DNA of 64,000 nucleotides, taken from Escherichia phage JoYop. How positions within the stretch are numbered: the stretch's first letter is position 1; every line of letters begins with the position of its first letter. Both the position numbers and the translations under genes were made by a program. The notes beneath the pieces were generated by a model, which had not been told where the DNA came from, did not search any database, and saw nothing but the letters and a program-made list of their open reading frames with translations. Positions 48,027 through 58,079 of this stretch are shown piece by piece. Location: sequence record OR769032.1; one strand, written 5' to 3'.

Positions 48027-48053
48027 AAAAAGCCCCAACCTTTCGGTTGGGGC
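48027..48053 (-). terminator. rho-independent terminator
   Basis: Minus strand GCCCCAACC-GAAA-GGUUGGGGC followed by UUUUU. Confidence 0.7.
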
Positions 48054-48059
48054 TAAGCC

Positions 48060-48385
48060 TTGCGGCAACCTTGTCGGGGTTCCACCTGCTAAGGCAAGTG
48101 TTTGTACGAAACGCCGGGATTCGAACCCGGTTATCAAGCAGTTGACGCTACTCAATATTTTTAAAAGGCCATATCTCGACCATATCCGAACGTTCCGTCA
48201 AAAACGCTACTCGGCTTACGGCAAAGATATTTCCTCGAATCGATAATTCGGTGCGCCGTTTCTGCTGTGATATAAGGGAACATTAACAGATCGTAAAGAT
48301 TTGTTAATGCCGGTCCTTAAACAGGGAGCATCAGTCCGACGACTTACCGGTAGCGACCCGGTTTCTTAATATTCTTTTAAAGCAT
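48060..48385 (-). ncRNA. structured non-coding RNA region distal to the tRNA cluster (possible T4 stable-RNA homolog)
   Basis: No convincing ORF; tRNA-like T-arm gggattcgaacccgg at 48116-48130; bounded by terminator and tRNA-Arg side gene. Confidence 0.35.
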
Positions 48386-48389
48386 CAAT

Positions 48390-48716
48390 TTATTCACAGC
48401 GTTTACGCCATAAATCAATTGCTTCATAAGCGGATTCAGCATTTCGAATTAGCCGGCATTTATGTAAAGACTTATGATTTTGATATTGTGTAGATAATGG
48501 AATTGTATCTAAAAGGTCTTTACGATCAAAGTATTCGTAACCATCTAAACCAAATGAACGATTTTTGAGAAATTGCCAATGGCCAAATTCATTTTCAACA
48601 TAAACATAATCTGCATGCTGATAAAGCAAATTAATTACGCGTTCAGAAATAACAGTATCATTATGATTAAAATAAAATGTTAAATCATGAACTACTAAAT
48701 AAACATTACCTTTCAT
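48390..48716 (-). CDS. hypothetical protein inside the tRNA/ncRNA region
   Basis: ATG 48714-48716 with RBS GAGGA (MKGNVYLVVHDL...); 108 aa; track ORF over-extended into tRNA-Arg. Confidence 0.55.
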   Translation of the reverse strand: MKGNVYLVVHDLTFYFNHNDTVISERVINLLYQHADYVYVENEFGHWQFLKNRSFGLDGYEYFDRKDLLDTIPLSTQYQNHKSLHKCRLIRNAESAYEAIDLWRKRCE

Positions 48717-48734
48717 ATTTTCCTCACTTATAAT

Positions 48735-48811
<77 letters not shown>

Positions 48812-48815
48812 TATT

Positions 48816-48890
48816 TGGCGGACATGCATGGATTCGAACCATGGACCAATTGATTAACAGTCAACTGCTCTACCACTGAGCTACACATCC
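48816..48890 (-). tRNA. tRNA-Asn (anticodon GUU)
   Basis: GGATGTG...GCTCAGTGGTAGAGC D-arm, loop CTGTTAA, T-arm CATGGTTCGAATCCATG, CCA end. Confidence 0.8.
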
Positions 48891-48894
48891 AAAT

Positions 48895-48981
48895 TGGTGG
48901 GGAGTGATGGAGTCGAACCACCCGAGTCGCAATGACAATGGATTTACAGTCCACACCGCTACCTCTACGGGATAACTCCCC
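48895..48981 (-). tRNA. tRNA-Tyr (anticodon GUA), long variable arm
   Basis: Loop CTGTAAA; class II variable arm; acceptor GGGGAGT/ACTCCCC; CCA end. Confidence 0.75.
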
Positions 48982-48994
48982 TTAATTCTTAATT

Positions 48995-49069
48995 TGGTGG
49001 CCCTGGGTGGAATTGAACCACCATCTGGCGATTATGAGTCGCTTGCTTGAACCTTCCAGCTACAGGGCC
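48995..49069 (-). tRNA. tRNA with CAU anticodon (Met, or Ile if the wobble C is modified as in T4)
   Basis: Loop CTCATAA; acceptor GGCCCTG/CAGGGCC; T-arm GGTGGTTCAATTCCACC. Confidence 0.75.
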
Positions 49070-49070
49070 T

Positions 49071-49146
49071 TGGTGCTGATTGACGGAATCGAACCGCCGA
49101 CCTTCTCATTACAAGTGAGTTGCTCTACCTACTGAGCTAAATCAGC
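49071..49146 (-). tRNA. tRNA-Thr (anticodon UGU)
   Basis: Loop CTTGTAA; acceptor GCTGATT/AATCAGC; T-arm GGCGGTTCGATTCCGTC. Confidence 0.8.
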
Positions 49147-49150
49147 AAAA

Positions 49151-49241
49151 CTGGCGGAGGCGATAGGATTTGAACCTATGAGTCGCCGGAGCGACTGCCG
49201 GTTTTCAAGACCGGTGCATTAAACCACTCTGCCACGCCTCC
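49151..49241 (-). tRNA. tRNA-Ser (anticodon UGA), long variable arm
   Basis: Loop CTTGAAA in CCGGT/ACCGG stem; class II variable arm; acceptor GGAGGCG/CGCCTCC. Confidence 0.8.
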
Positions 49242-49243
49242 AG

Positions 49244-49317
49244 TCTCCATACAAGGATTTGAACCTTGGACCTCCTGATCCCAAATCAGGCGCTCTACCA
49301 AACTGAGCTACACGGAG
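49244..49317 (-). tRNA. tRNA-Pro (anticodon UGG), CCA not encoded
   Basis: Loop TTTGGGA; C1-G72 acceptor; 3' end abuts tRNA-Ser without CCA. Confidence 0.75.
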
Positions 49318-49327
49318 TAAATTAAAT

Positions 49328-49401
<74 letters not shown>

Positions 49402-49406
49402 AAATT

Positions 49407-49493
49407 TGGTGCGAGAAGTGGGACTCGAACCCACAAGGAAATCATTCCGCAGCATTTTAAGTGCTGTGCCTTTACCAATTTGACCATTCTCGC
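49407..49493 (-). tRNA. tRNA-Leu (anticodon UAA), long variable arm
   Basis: Loop CTTAAAA in CAGCA/TGCTG stem; class II variable arm; T-arm GTGGGTTCGAGTCCCAC. Confidence 0.8.
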
Positions 49494-49499
49494 GCTATA

Positions 49500-50132
49500 T
49501 TATTTATTACGTGAAAAAGACTGTTCTATCAATTCTGGACACTTTCGTTCTATCCATTTTCTAGCTTTTTGTGGGCTTATACCTATTATTTTAGCAGCTT
49601 TACTAACCCATCCAAATTTAGAATAATCGATTTTAACTAATTCTTCGTAAATTTCATCAGTTAAAATCTTTTCATTAATATTTACCAGTAAATGATATAA
49701 TTTATTATCATTAGCAATTTTAATGAATCTTTTATAGTTTCCGCCTTTACTTAAACCTAATGAAGTAATTGCAGATGATATAGTAGCCGAATTTAATAGT
49801 GCGTTTAAAATTTCTTCATCACTAACATTATAACGCTTTTTATTATTTTTAATATTTTTACCAGCAAAAGTATCAGTTTGCGAATGGCAATTTGGACATA
49901 ATAATCTTAAATTTGATTTAAGATGATTTTTGTTATTTCCATCAATATGATCTAATTGCAGAACAATATGCTTATTTTGCCATTTTGAAATTTTACAAAT
50001 TGCACACTCATATGGAAAAATATTTTCTTTTATTATTTTGTCTTTCAGCTTTCCTGTACTAAAATTTGGATGTTTTCCTTCAAAAATTTCAGCTAATTTA
50101 GTATCCATAATATAATTCCCAATTATTAACAA
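49500..50132 (-). CDS. HNH homing endonuclease
   Basis: 210 aa; HNH core LQLDHIDGNNKNHLKSNLRLLCPNCHSQ; sits at the 5' head of the tRNA cluster. Confidence 0.75.
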   Translation of the reverse strand: MLIIGNYIMDTKLAEIFEGKHPNFSTGKLKDKIIKENIFPYECAICKISKWQNKHIVLQLDHIDGNNKNHLKSNLRLLCPNCHSQTDTFAGKNIKNNKKRYNVSDEEILNALLNSATISSAITSLGLSKGGNYKRFIKIANDNKLYHLLVNINEKILTDEIYEELVKIDYSKFGWVSKAAKIIGISPQKARKWIERKCPELIEQSFSRNK

Positions 50133-50218
50133 AGGCTCTCAAGCAAGAACCCTTGATGATAGAGGGTATTAATCAGTGCGATATGAGTTAATAATAACAA
50201 ATAATTCTTAAAGCATAT

Positions 50219-50506
50219 TTACCATTTATGCCGATACGTATTTACGATACATTCAAGACCCAAAGGATTCTTGAAAACATCATATTCAAGAGGACCTTTT
50301 TCTGTTTCAATAAAGAAATCAAAATTTACTATATTAAATTTACGGTCTTCCTTTACTAATTTAACTTGAGAAGATGAACGGTCAATGTAAACCTTTTCAA
50401 CTTCAAAACATGTTAAAATGCCATAATCATCAATCAAGGCTTTAGCTGCTTCTTGATCATATTTATATCCATTTTCAACGGATGATACTTTCGCATAAAG
50501 AATCAT
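50219..50506 (-). CDS. hypothetical protein
   Basis: 95-aa ORF. Confidence 0.5.
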   Translation of the reverse strand: MILYAKVSSVENGYKYDQEAAKALIDDYGILTCFEVEKVYIDRSSSQVKLVKEDRKFNIVNFDFFIETEKGPLEYDVFKNPLGLECIVNTYRHKW

Positions 50507-50508
50507 TA

Positions 50509-50889
50509 TCAGCCTTCATCAACAATAGTGTGCGTATTGGCATTTACAATTTGCCACCAATCAAAGCGATTAGAACCATACATTGGTTTGTTCTCATTTT
50601 CTTTAATGATATCACGGAGTTCATCTTCGGTAGCAGCTTTCGCGATTAAATCGGCATATCCACCACGAGGATAATAATTATCACCTGCAAAAAGTAAAAA
50701 ATTTGGTGTAATATTATTAAACTCTTCAAGAGTAATAACTGTTCCACCAGGTTGAACAATTTCTACATATTTATATCCTAATTTTTGAGCAGCATCTACT
50801 GCTTCAAGCAGGGTATCATGGGCCCATCCAATTTGGCAATCTGGCTTTTCAGATGGATTAGCCTGATAATCCGCGTACACTTTATACAT
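50509..50889 (-). CDS. hypothetical protein
   Basis: Start taken at MYKVYADYQANP; about 126 aa. Confidence 0.5.
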   Translation of the reverse strand: MYKVYADYQANPSEKPDCQIGWAHDTLLEAVDAAQKLGYKYVEIVQPGGTVITLEEFNNITPNFLLFAGDNYYPRGGYADLIAKAATEDELRDIIKENENKPMYGSNRFDWWQIVNANTHTIVDEG

Positions 50890-50890
50890 T

Positions 50891-51076
50891 CTATTCACCT
50901 TTAGAAATTTTATCCATAACAATAGCGATTAAACCAATTAAAAATGCTACTACAAGTGAAAAAACATTTTCTGCTGTAGTTAATAATCCGCATATAAATC
51001 CAACAAACATTGAAAAACTAAAAGCAGAAGCAGAAATTGCAATAGCAACATTTCGAATTAATTCACAACGTTTCAT
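50891..51076 (-). CDS. small membrane protein
   Basis: 61 aa; two hydrophobic segments; directly behind an early promoter. Confidence 0.5.
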   Translation of the reverse strand: MKRCELIRNVAIAISASAFSFSMFVGFICGLLTTAENVFSLVVAFLIGLIAIVMDKISKGE

Positions 51077-51090
51077 TTTATTCTCCTCGG

Positions 51091-51134
51091 TAGTTGATAG
51101 GGTAATAGTATCACTACCCCATCTAAAAGTAAAC
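51091..51134 (-). promoter_or_regulatory. T4-type early promoter
   Basis: GTTTAC 51129-51134 with -10 block ggtagtgatactattaccc on the transcribed strand. Confidence 0.45.
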
Positions 51135-51144
51135 AGTTTATAAA

Positions 51145-51453
51145 CTATTTTATTCCGCGTGATGCAATTGTATTCTGTCGTTTAACACTAGTTTGTTTAA
51201 AGTCATGATTGTCGATTTGATCGGTACGAGCAACCCCGAATGATGATTTAATCTTAGCTTTAGATCCTTTAGTTATAGAAATAAACATCTCGGAAGCCCC
51301 TTTCTTAAAGTCAGAAGCGATTACTTCAACACCGTTCTTAGCAAGTGACCCCAGAATTGCCTCCGCATACTCATCGTCAAGACTAGCCTGAGTATTAATA
51401 ACGAATGTCTTTGGTGCAACTGCTTCATTGATAAATTCTTTGAAAGTTTTCAT
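51145..51453 (-). CDS. internal-protein-like protein at the ipI locus
   Basis: 102 aa; N-terminus MKTFKEFINEA; adjacent to 57B as T4 ipI is; body differs from what I recall of T4 IPI. Confidence 0.6.
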   Translation of the reverse strand: MKTFKEFINEAVAPKTFVINTQASLDDEYAEAILGSLAKNGVEVIASDFKKGASEMFISITKGSKAKIKSSFGVARTDQIDNHDFKQTSVKRQNTIASRGIK

Positions 51454-51480
51454 TTTATTTTCCTAATTAATTTTGATGAG

Positions 51481-51513
51481 ATAATAGTATCACTACCTCA
51501 TCAGTATGTAAAC
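51481..51513 (-). promoter_or_regulatory. T4-type early promoter upstream of the ipI-locus gene
   Basis: GTTTAC 51508-51513. Confidence 0.45.
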
Positions 51514-51525
51514 AACTTTGTGAAA

Positions 51526-52222
<697 letters not shown>

Positions 52223-52223
<1 letters not shown>

Positions 52224-52936
52224 TATAGTACCTTTAGTGTATTTTTAATTTTAGAAAAAAGTTCTTCAAGAGAACCATCGTTTGTAATTACTAAATCGCC
52301 ATCACGAATTGGCAATCCAGCTTCTGTAATATGTGTATCATTGGATTTTTGACCAGGACGAACTACATGAATTACTGTAGCACCCATCGCCCTAGCCGCA
52401 TCCATTTCATGATCTTGACGAGTATCAGGAACGATATAATAATCATAACCTGAGTTAAATTTATCAAGATAATCTAAAGCAAATAATTTTACCCAATACA
52501 TGCGATCGAAGTTATTAACAATCAAATCCGTACCTAGGGCTTGCATCAGACGACGGACTGACCATTGATCTTCAATAGTATTTATAACGTCAGCAATCTT
52601 GTTAAATGCTACGAAATTAACTGCGTCATCAAAAACAAACACACCTTTAATCGGGCTTTTACTATTAAGATAGCAAAATGCTTGTTCCATAATCGTGATT
52701 ACTTCTAATTTAGTCAGATTTAAATTAGTCTCACGATCATAGTCAATTCCTTCAAACTCTTTACGAGTTAAGCAAGGATAGCCAGTGTTTGCTGCAAATA
52801 CACCCCATGCATAAGCTAATGCGTCCTTAATAGGACCAGCAAGTTGGTATTTAACTGCAGAATAATTGCTCATTATAAAATCAGCAGTAGTATCTTTTCC
52901 ACTGCGCTTTACACCGCTTAAAAAGATTAGTTTCAT
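52223..52936 (-). CDS. 1: deoxynucleoside monophosphate kinase
   Basis: Start at MKLIFLSGVKRSGKDTTADF; P-loop GVKRSGKDT; matches T4 gp1 as recalled. Confidence 0.9.
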
Positions 52937-52985
52937 GTGTTTCTCCTCAAATTTAATTAAGATTATAACACACAAAACTGAAGCA

Positions 52986-53516
52986 TTAAACTTCTGCTAT
53001 AATTTTACCATCTTTTTCTACTTGAAAATAGGTGTAAGGAATCGTTGCAGTACATACTAAAGCCGGGTCTGAATCTTCTGTGTAGCTAAATTCTACTTCA
53101 GATAGGTCAGAAACCCAAGGCTTATAAAAATTTATTGACATCACGATTTCGGTTTTGCTATTATCTAAGATGTAAAGCGTAATGTACTCAGGACCAGTTT
53201 TTTGAGCAGTATTTTCACCTGTAAGATAGTTGCTAGTTCCTAGCATCCATTCATACATTCCTATCCATGACTTAAGTTCTTCATCAACTATAAATCTCAC
53301 GATGAGTGGATCGTATTCAAATGTAACACCTGGACGTTGTGCTCGGCCTAGTCCAAACGGCCCAGTCACGGTATCAGTAACAGGTATTCTAATTCCTGGA
53401 ATAGGAACTGACTGAGCATTTAAAGTAAAAGCAGATGTAGTATTACTATGTGGTATTGATATTACAAAGTTAGTTGTATTTGCTTGGTTAAAAATTTGTT
53501 GCAGAGCTTGCGACAT
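52986..53516 (-). CDS. 3: tail completion / sheath stabiliser protein
   Basis: Start at MSQALQQIFNQANTTNF (176 aa); matches T4 gp3 as recalled. Confidence 0.9.
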   Translation of the reverse strand: MSQALQQIFNQANTTNFVISIPHSNTTSAFTLNAQSVPIPGIRIPVTDTVTGPFGLGRAQRPGVTFEYDPLIVRFIVDEELKSWIGMYEWMLGTSNYLTGENTAQKTGPEYITLYILDNSKTEIVMSINFYKPWVSDLSEVEFSYTEDSDPALVCTATIPYTYFQVEKDGKIIAEV

Positions 53517-53622
53517 ATATTCCTCATAATGCTTTATAACTGTTGGTGGTATAATGGGTCTAAGTCCCTTCCATTCAATTCCATTTAGAACAAACAACAG
53601 AAAAGAATGGAAGATAATAGAA

Positions 53623-54447
53623 TTAAATATTTGACCAGACTTTGTTTGCAGAGAAACGTTTTCCTTTTGAAACGAACTGCTGAAGTGGCATCAACACAAC
53701 GTTCGCCCAGTCTTTCGGGGCGATTTCAACAAGGCTACCCATAATATTACCAGGTATATATGCCTTAATCATTTGGTCTGCACCCCTAAATCCTTTCACT
53801 TGACTCCAATCAATTTTTAATCTTGTTTTGTTAGTAATAGTAGGTGTATTTGAATATTGCTTTAAAAGCTCTTCTAGAAACTGTTGACGAGCTTTAGGTG
53901 GAATATAGTGCAAGTTCAATCCATACATTAAATTATGTTTACCTAAACCAAGGTAAATTATCAAAGGAAATTTATCCCAGTAAGGAAGAGTTTCCTTGTG
54001 TTTAGCATCATAAGCAAAAGCATATATTCGTCCCGGCTGCGGGCGAACAACTTTATGTCCTTTTACTTGCTTAATAGTTTCAGCAAACCACTTTCTGGTT
54101 TTATTATTAATTGCTGCGCCTTCATTACGAATTTTATCGCGTAATGATTGTCTGAATGAATTTATCATAAGCAGTTGTCTTTCTTGCTTATTGAGTTTAT
54201 TCATTGGTTTTGATTCAAGCTTTTGAATCTTTTCGGCAGTTTTAATTCCTGAAGCATATTTTGACATTGCTGAAGTAAATGTAGAGTATTTGATTCCTCT
54301 TTCTTCGGCAAATTGCTTTCCTGTCATTCCTTTTGCTTTGGCCTTTTTATATTCAAGACCTATCTGAATCCATTTCTTTTCGTTTAATGATTGCTTAACC
54401 TTTGGAACTTGGGGAGTGCTTTCATTAATTATCTGAAAAATAGCCAT
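53623..54447 (-). CDS. 2: DNA end protector protein
   Basis: 274 aa; length and position match T4 gp2. Confidence 0.88.
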   Translation of the reverse strand: MAIFQIINESTPQVPKVKQSLNEKKWIQIGLEYKKAKAKGMTGKQFAEERGIKYSTFTSAMSKYASGIKTAEKIQKLESKPMNKLNKQERQLLMINSFRQSLRDKIRNEGAAINNKTRKWFAETIKQVKGHKVVRPQPGRIYAFAYDAKHKETLPYWDKFPLIIYLGLGKHNLMYGLNLHYIPPKARQQFLEELLKQYSNTPTITNKTRLKIDWSQVKGFRGADQMIKAYIPGNIMGSLVEIAPKDWANVVLMPLQQFVSKGKRFSANKVWSNI

Positions 54448-54899
54448 TATGCCCCCTTAAAGCCAAGAGCTCGTAATCCATCTTCTGTTAGAATTCTAAA
54501 TTTTATTCCACGCTTTTCAGCTAACGATTGTGCTGCTTTCCATTTGTCAGTGTTAACAGAATATGTATAAATTTCATTCATAAATCTTTTCTTCGCTGCG
54601 GTTGTTAGATGTGCTGGTTTAACTGGTGGTTGTGTTTCTTTTTTAGGTTTTATTTCAATAAAAAATTCTTGTCCAGAAGAATCTTTCATCCAAATATCCA
54701 TGAAGTATCTACGTTTTTTCCCTTCTGCATTACAAAAATAAGGAATTACTGCTGTTTCACTACCCCACGCAATAATTTCTGGATTTTTATCTAACCATTC
54801 AAAAAAGAATTTTTCCCAATTTGATCTATACGTAATTTTTTTAGGGTCACCTCTATATTTTGATATATTTTTAGGAACCCATTTTCCAGAATATGCCAT
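54447..54899 (-). CDS. 4: head completion protein
   Basis: 150 aa; length and position match T4 gp4; start overlaps gp2 stop. Confidence 0.88.
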   Translation of the reverse strand: MAYSGKWVPKNISKYRGDPKKITYRSNWEKFFFEWLDKNPEIIAWGSETAVIPYFCNAEGKKRRYFMDIWMKDSSGQEFFIEIKPKKETQPPVKPAHLTTAAKKRFMNEIYTYSVNTDKWKAAQSLAEKRGIKFRILTEDGLRALGFKGA

Positions 54900-54910
54900 T
54901 GGATTCTCCT

Positions 54911-54918
54911 TATAAATA
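54911..54918 (+). promoter_or_regulatory. T4-type late promoter (TATAAATA) for gene 53
   Basis: TATAAATA about 29 nt upstream of the gene 53 ATG at 54947. Confidence 0.55.
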
Positions 54919-54925
54919 GATAATA

Positions 54926-54933
54926 TATTTATA
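54926..54933 (-). promoter_or_regulatory. T4-type late promoter (TATAAATA) for gene 4
   Basis: tatttata on plus; divergent partner of the gene 53 promoter. Confidence 0.5.
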
Positions 54934-54946
54934 AACAGGAGGGCCC

Positions 54947-55537
54947 ATGCTCTTTACATTTTTTGACCCGATTGAATATGCGGCCAAAACGGTGAATAAA
55001 AACGCGCCGACTATTCCTATGACAGATATTTTTAGAAACTATAAAGACTATTTTAAGCGTGCTCTTGCGGGATATCGCTTACGTACTTATTACATTAAAG
55101 GTTCACCACGCCCGGAAGAATTAGCAAATGCTATATATGGAAATCCACAACTGTATTGGGTTTTATTGATGTGTAATGATAATTATGACCCGTATTATGG
55201 ATGGATTACTTCACAAGAAGCTGCTTATCAAGCATCTATACAAAAATACAAAAATGTAGGTGGAGACCAAATAGTATACCATGTGAATGAGAATGGTGAA
55301 AAATTTTATAATTTAGTATCATACGATGATAATCCATATGTTTGGTATGATAAAGGTGATAAAGCAAGAAAATATCCTCAATATGAAGGAGTGCTTGCTG
55401 CGGTCGATACGTATGAAGCTGCTGTTCTTGAAAATGAAAAACTTCGTCAAATAAAAATAATAGCAAAATCAGACATCAATTCATTTATGAACGACCTTAT
55501 ACGTATAATGGAGAAATCTTATGGAAATGATAAGTAA
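54947..55537 (+). CDS. 53: baseplate wedge protein
   Basis: 196 aa; length and position match T4 gp53. Confidence 0.9.
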   Translation: MLFTFFDPIEYAAKTVNKNAPTIPMTDIFRNYKDYFKRALAGYRLRTYYIKGSPRPEELANAIYGNPQLYWVLLMCNDNYDPYYGWITSQEAAYQASIQKYKNVGGDQIVYHVNENGEKFYNLVSYDDNPYVWYDKGDKARKYPQYEGVLAAVDTYEAAVLENEKLRQIKIIAKSDINSFMNDLIRIMEKSYGNDK

Positions 55538-57248
55538 TAACCTTAATTGGTTTGTTGGTGTTGTTGAAGATAGAATGGACCCATTAAAATTAGGCCGTGT
55601 TCGTGTTCGTGTAGTTGGTTTGCATCCACCTCAACGAGCGCAAGGTGATGTAATGGGTATTCCAACCGATAAATTACCATGGATGTCAGTTATTCAACCT
55701 ATAACTTCGGCAGCTATGTCTGGAATTGGAGGTTCTGTTACTGGACCAGTAGAAGGAACTAGAGTTTATGGTCATTTTTTAGACAAATGGAAAACTAACG
55801 GAATTGTCCTTGGCACGTATGGTGGAATAGTTCGTGAGAAACCTAATAAACTTGAAGGATTTTCTGATCCAACTGGGCAATATCCTAGACGTTTAGGAAA
55901 TGATACGAACGTATTAAACCAAGGCGGAGAAGTAGGATATGATTCCTCTTCTAACATTATCCAAGATAGCAACTTAGACACTGCAATAAATCCAGATGAT
56001 AGACCACTATCAGAGATTCCAACTGATGATAATCCAAATATGTCAATGGCTGAAATGCTTCGCCGTGATGAAGGATTAAGACTAAAAGTTTACTGGGATA
56101 CTGAAGGATATCCAACAATTGGTATTGGTCATCTTATCATGAAGCAACCAGTTCGTGATATGACTCAAATTAATAAAGTTTTATCAAAACAAGTTGGTCG
56201 TGAAATTACTGGAAATCCTGGTTCCATTACAATGGAAGAAGCGGTAGCTTTATTTGAACGTGATTTGGCTGATATGCAACGCGACATTAAATCACATTCT
56301 AAAGTAGGACCGGTTTGGAAAGCTGTCAACCGTTCTCGCCAAATGGCATTAGAAAATATGGCATTTCAAATGGGTGTTGGCGGTGTAGCTAAATTTAACA
56401 CAATGCTAACTGCCATGTTAGCAGGGGATTGGGAAAAAGCATATAAAGCCGGTCGTGATTCATTGTGGTATCAACAAACAAAGGGTCGTGCATCCCGTGT
56501 TACTATGATTATTCTTACGGGAAATTTGGAATCATACGGTATTGAAGTTAAAACTCCAGCTAGGTCTTTGTCGGCAATGGCTGCTACTGTGGCGAAGTCT
56601 TCTGATCCAGCTGACCCTCCTATTCCAAATGACTCGAGAATTTTATTCAAAGAACCAGTTTCTTCGTATAAAGGCGAATATCCTTATGTGCATACAATGG
56701 AAACTGAGAGCGGTCATATCCAAGAATTTGATGATACTCCCGGGCAAGAACGATATAGATTAGTTCATCCTACGGGAACTTATGAAGAAGTATCACCGTC
56801 AGGAAGAAGAACAAGAAAAACTGTCGATAATTTGTATGACATAACAAATGCTGATGGTAACTTTTTGGTAGCCGGTGATAAAAAGACTAACGTCGGTGGT
56901 TCAGAAATTTATTACAACATGGATAATCGTCTTCACCAAATAGATGGAAGCAATACAATATTTGTGCGTGGCGATGAAACTAAGACGGTTGAAGGTAATG
57001 GAACTATCCTAGTTAAAGGTAATGTTACTATTGTAGTTGAAGGTAATGCTGACATTACAGTTAAAGGAGATGCTACCACTTTAGTTGAAGGAAATCAAAC
57101 TAATACAGTAAATGGAAATCTTTCTTGGAAAGTTGCTGGGACAGTTGATTGGGATGTTGGTGGCGATTGGACAGAAAAAATGGCATCTATGAGTTCTATT
57201 TCATCTGGTCAATACACAATTGATGGATCGAGGATTGACATTGGCTAA
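55521..57248 (+). CDS. 5: baseplate hub and tail lysozyme
   Basis: 575 aa; central lysozyme domain (LRLKVYWDTEGYPTIGIGH); C-terminal VxGxxxxx beta-helix repeats. Confidence 0.95.
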   Translation: MEMISNNLNWFVGVVEDRMDPLKLGRVRVRVVGLHPPQRAQGDVMGIPTDKLPWMSVIQPITSAAMSGIGGSVTGPVEGTRVYGHFLDKWKTNGIVLGTYGGIVREKPNKLEGFSDPTGQYPRRLGNDTNVLNQGGEVGYDSSSNIIQDSNLDTAINPDDRPLSEIPTDDNPNMSMAEMLRRDEGLRLKVYWDTEGYPTIGIGHLIMKQPVRDMTQINKVLSKQVGREITGNPGSITMEEAVALFERDLADMQRDIKSHSKVGPVWKAVNRSRQMALENMAFQMGVGGVAKFNTMLTAMLAGDWEKAYKAGRDSLWYQQTKGRASRVTMIILTGNLESYGIEVKTPARSLSAMAATVAKSSDPADPPIPNDSRILFKEPVSSYKGEYPYVHTMETESGHIQEFDDTPGQERYRLVHPTGTYEEVSPSGRRTRKTVDNLYDITNADGNFLVAGDKKTNVGGSEIYYNMDNRLHQIDGSNTIFVRGDETKTVEGNGTILVKGNVTIVVEGNADITVKGDATTLVEGNQTNTVNGNLSWKVAGTVDWDVGGDWTEKMASMSSISSGQYTIDGSRIDIG

Positions 57249-57258
57249 TATAATTCCA

Positions 57259-57777
57259 ATGAGCACTGATTTAGGGGAATCCATGGAAGGTTCTTCTATC
57301 GACGTCACCTTTACTGCTCAATTAGAAACAGGTGAAACGTTAGTATCTATAAATATAACTAGTTACGAAGAAACTCCGGGAGTTTCAGTAGAAGAAAACC
57401 GCTTATATGGAACGTATGAATCTGTATTTGGTTTTGGAAGTGACGCATTAAAATATCGTTTAGGCGATGAATTTAAAACTGCTTCTTCATGGGAAGAACT
57501 TCCAACTGATTCTAATACTCAGTTGTATTTATGGAAAGCTCCCCAAAACCTCCAGAAGACATTCACATATGAAGTAACATTAATATATGACTATCAAGAA
57601 CAAAGTGAATCTGGAGGTTCTGGCAGTAATTCTAGGTCATCTTCTGATACTACTGAACCGACAGACCCTCCTGCTCCAGTAAGAAAAACTCTTGTTAAAA
57701 ATTATACTAAAACTATAGTTGGAAATTGGAGTCGTTGGGCTAATAAATTAAGAAGCTATGTGTATGAGAGGCCATAA
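57259..57777 (+). CDS. hypothetical protein (5.1 position)
   Basis: ATG at 57259 ([11 protein letters not shown]); 172 aa; track ORF extended upstream into gene 5. Confidence 0.6.
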
Positions 57778-58071
57778 ATGTCAGGATTAAGTTATGATAA
57801 ATGTGTTACTGCTGGTCATGAAGCATGGCCTCCAACAGTTGTGAATGCTACACAGAGTAAAGTATTCACTGGAGGAATTGCTGTTCTCGTAGCAGGCGAT
57901 CCAATTACAGAACATACAGAAATCAAAAAGCCATATGAAACACATGGCGGAGTGACACAACCTAGAACATCTAAGGTATATGTCACGGGAAAGAAAGCTG
58001 TTCAAATGGCTGATCCAATATCATGCGGCGATACTGTGGCTCAGGCATCATCTAAAGTATTCATTAAATAG
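57778..58071 (+). CDS. 5.4: PAAR-repeat baseplate spike tip protein
   Basis: 97 aa; PAAR-like repeats; immediately before gene 6. Confidence 0.85.
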
Positions 58072-58079
58072 GATTTAAA

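Noticed and set aside
56940-57180. Repetitive coding sequence near the 3' end of gene 5
   Set aside because: Encodes the VxGxxxxx beta-helix repeats of the tail spike; structural, not a mobile or tandem-repeat element.
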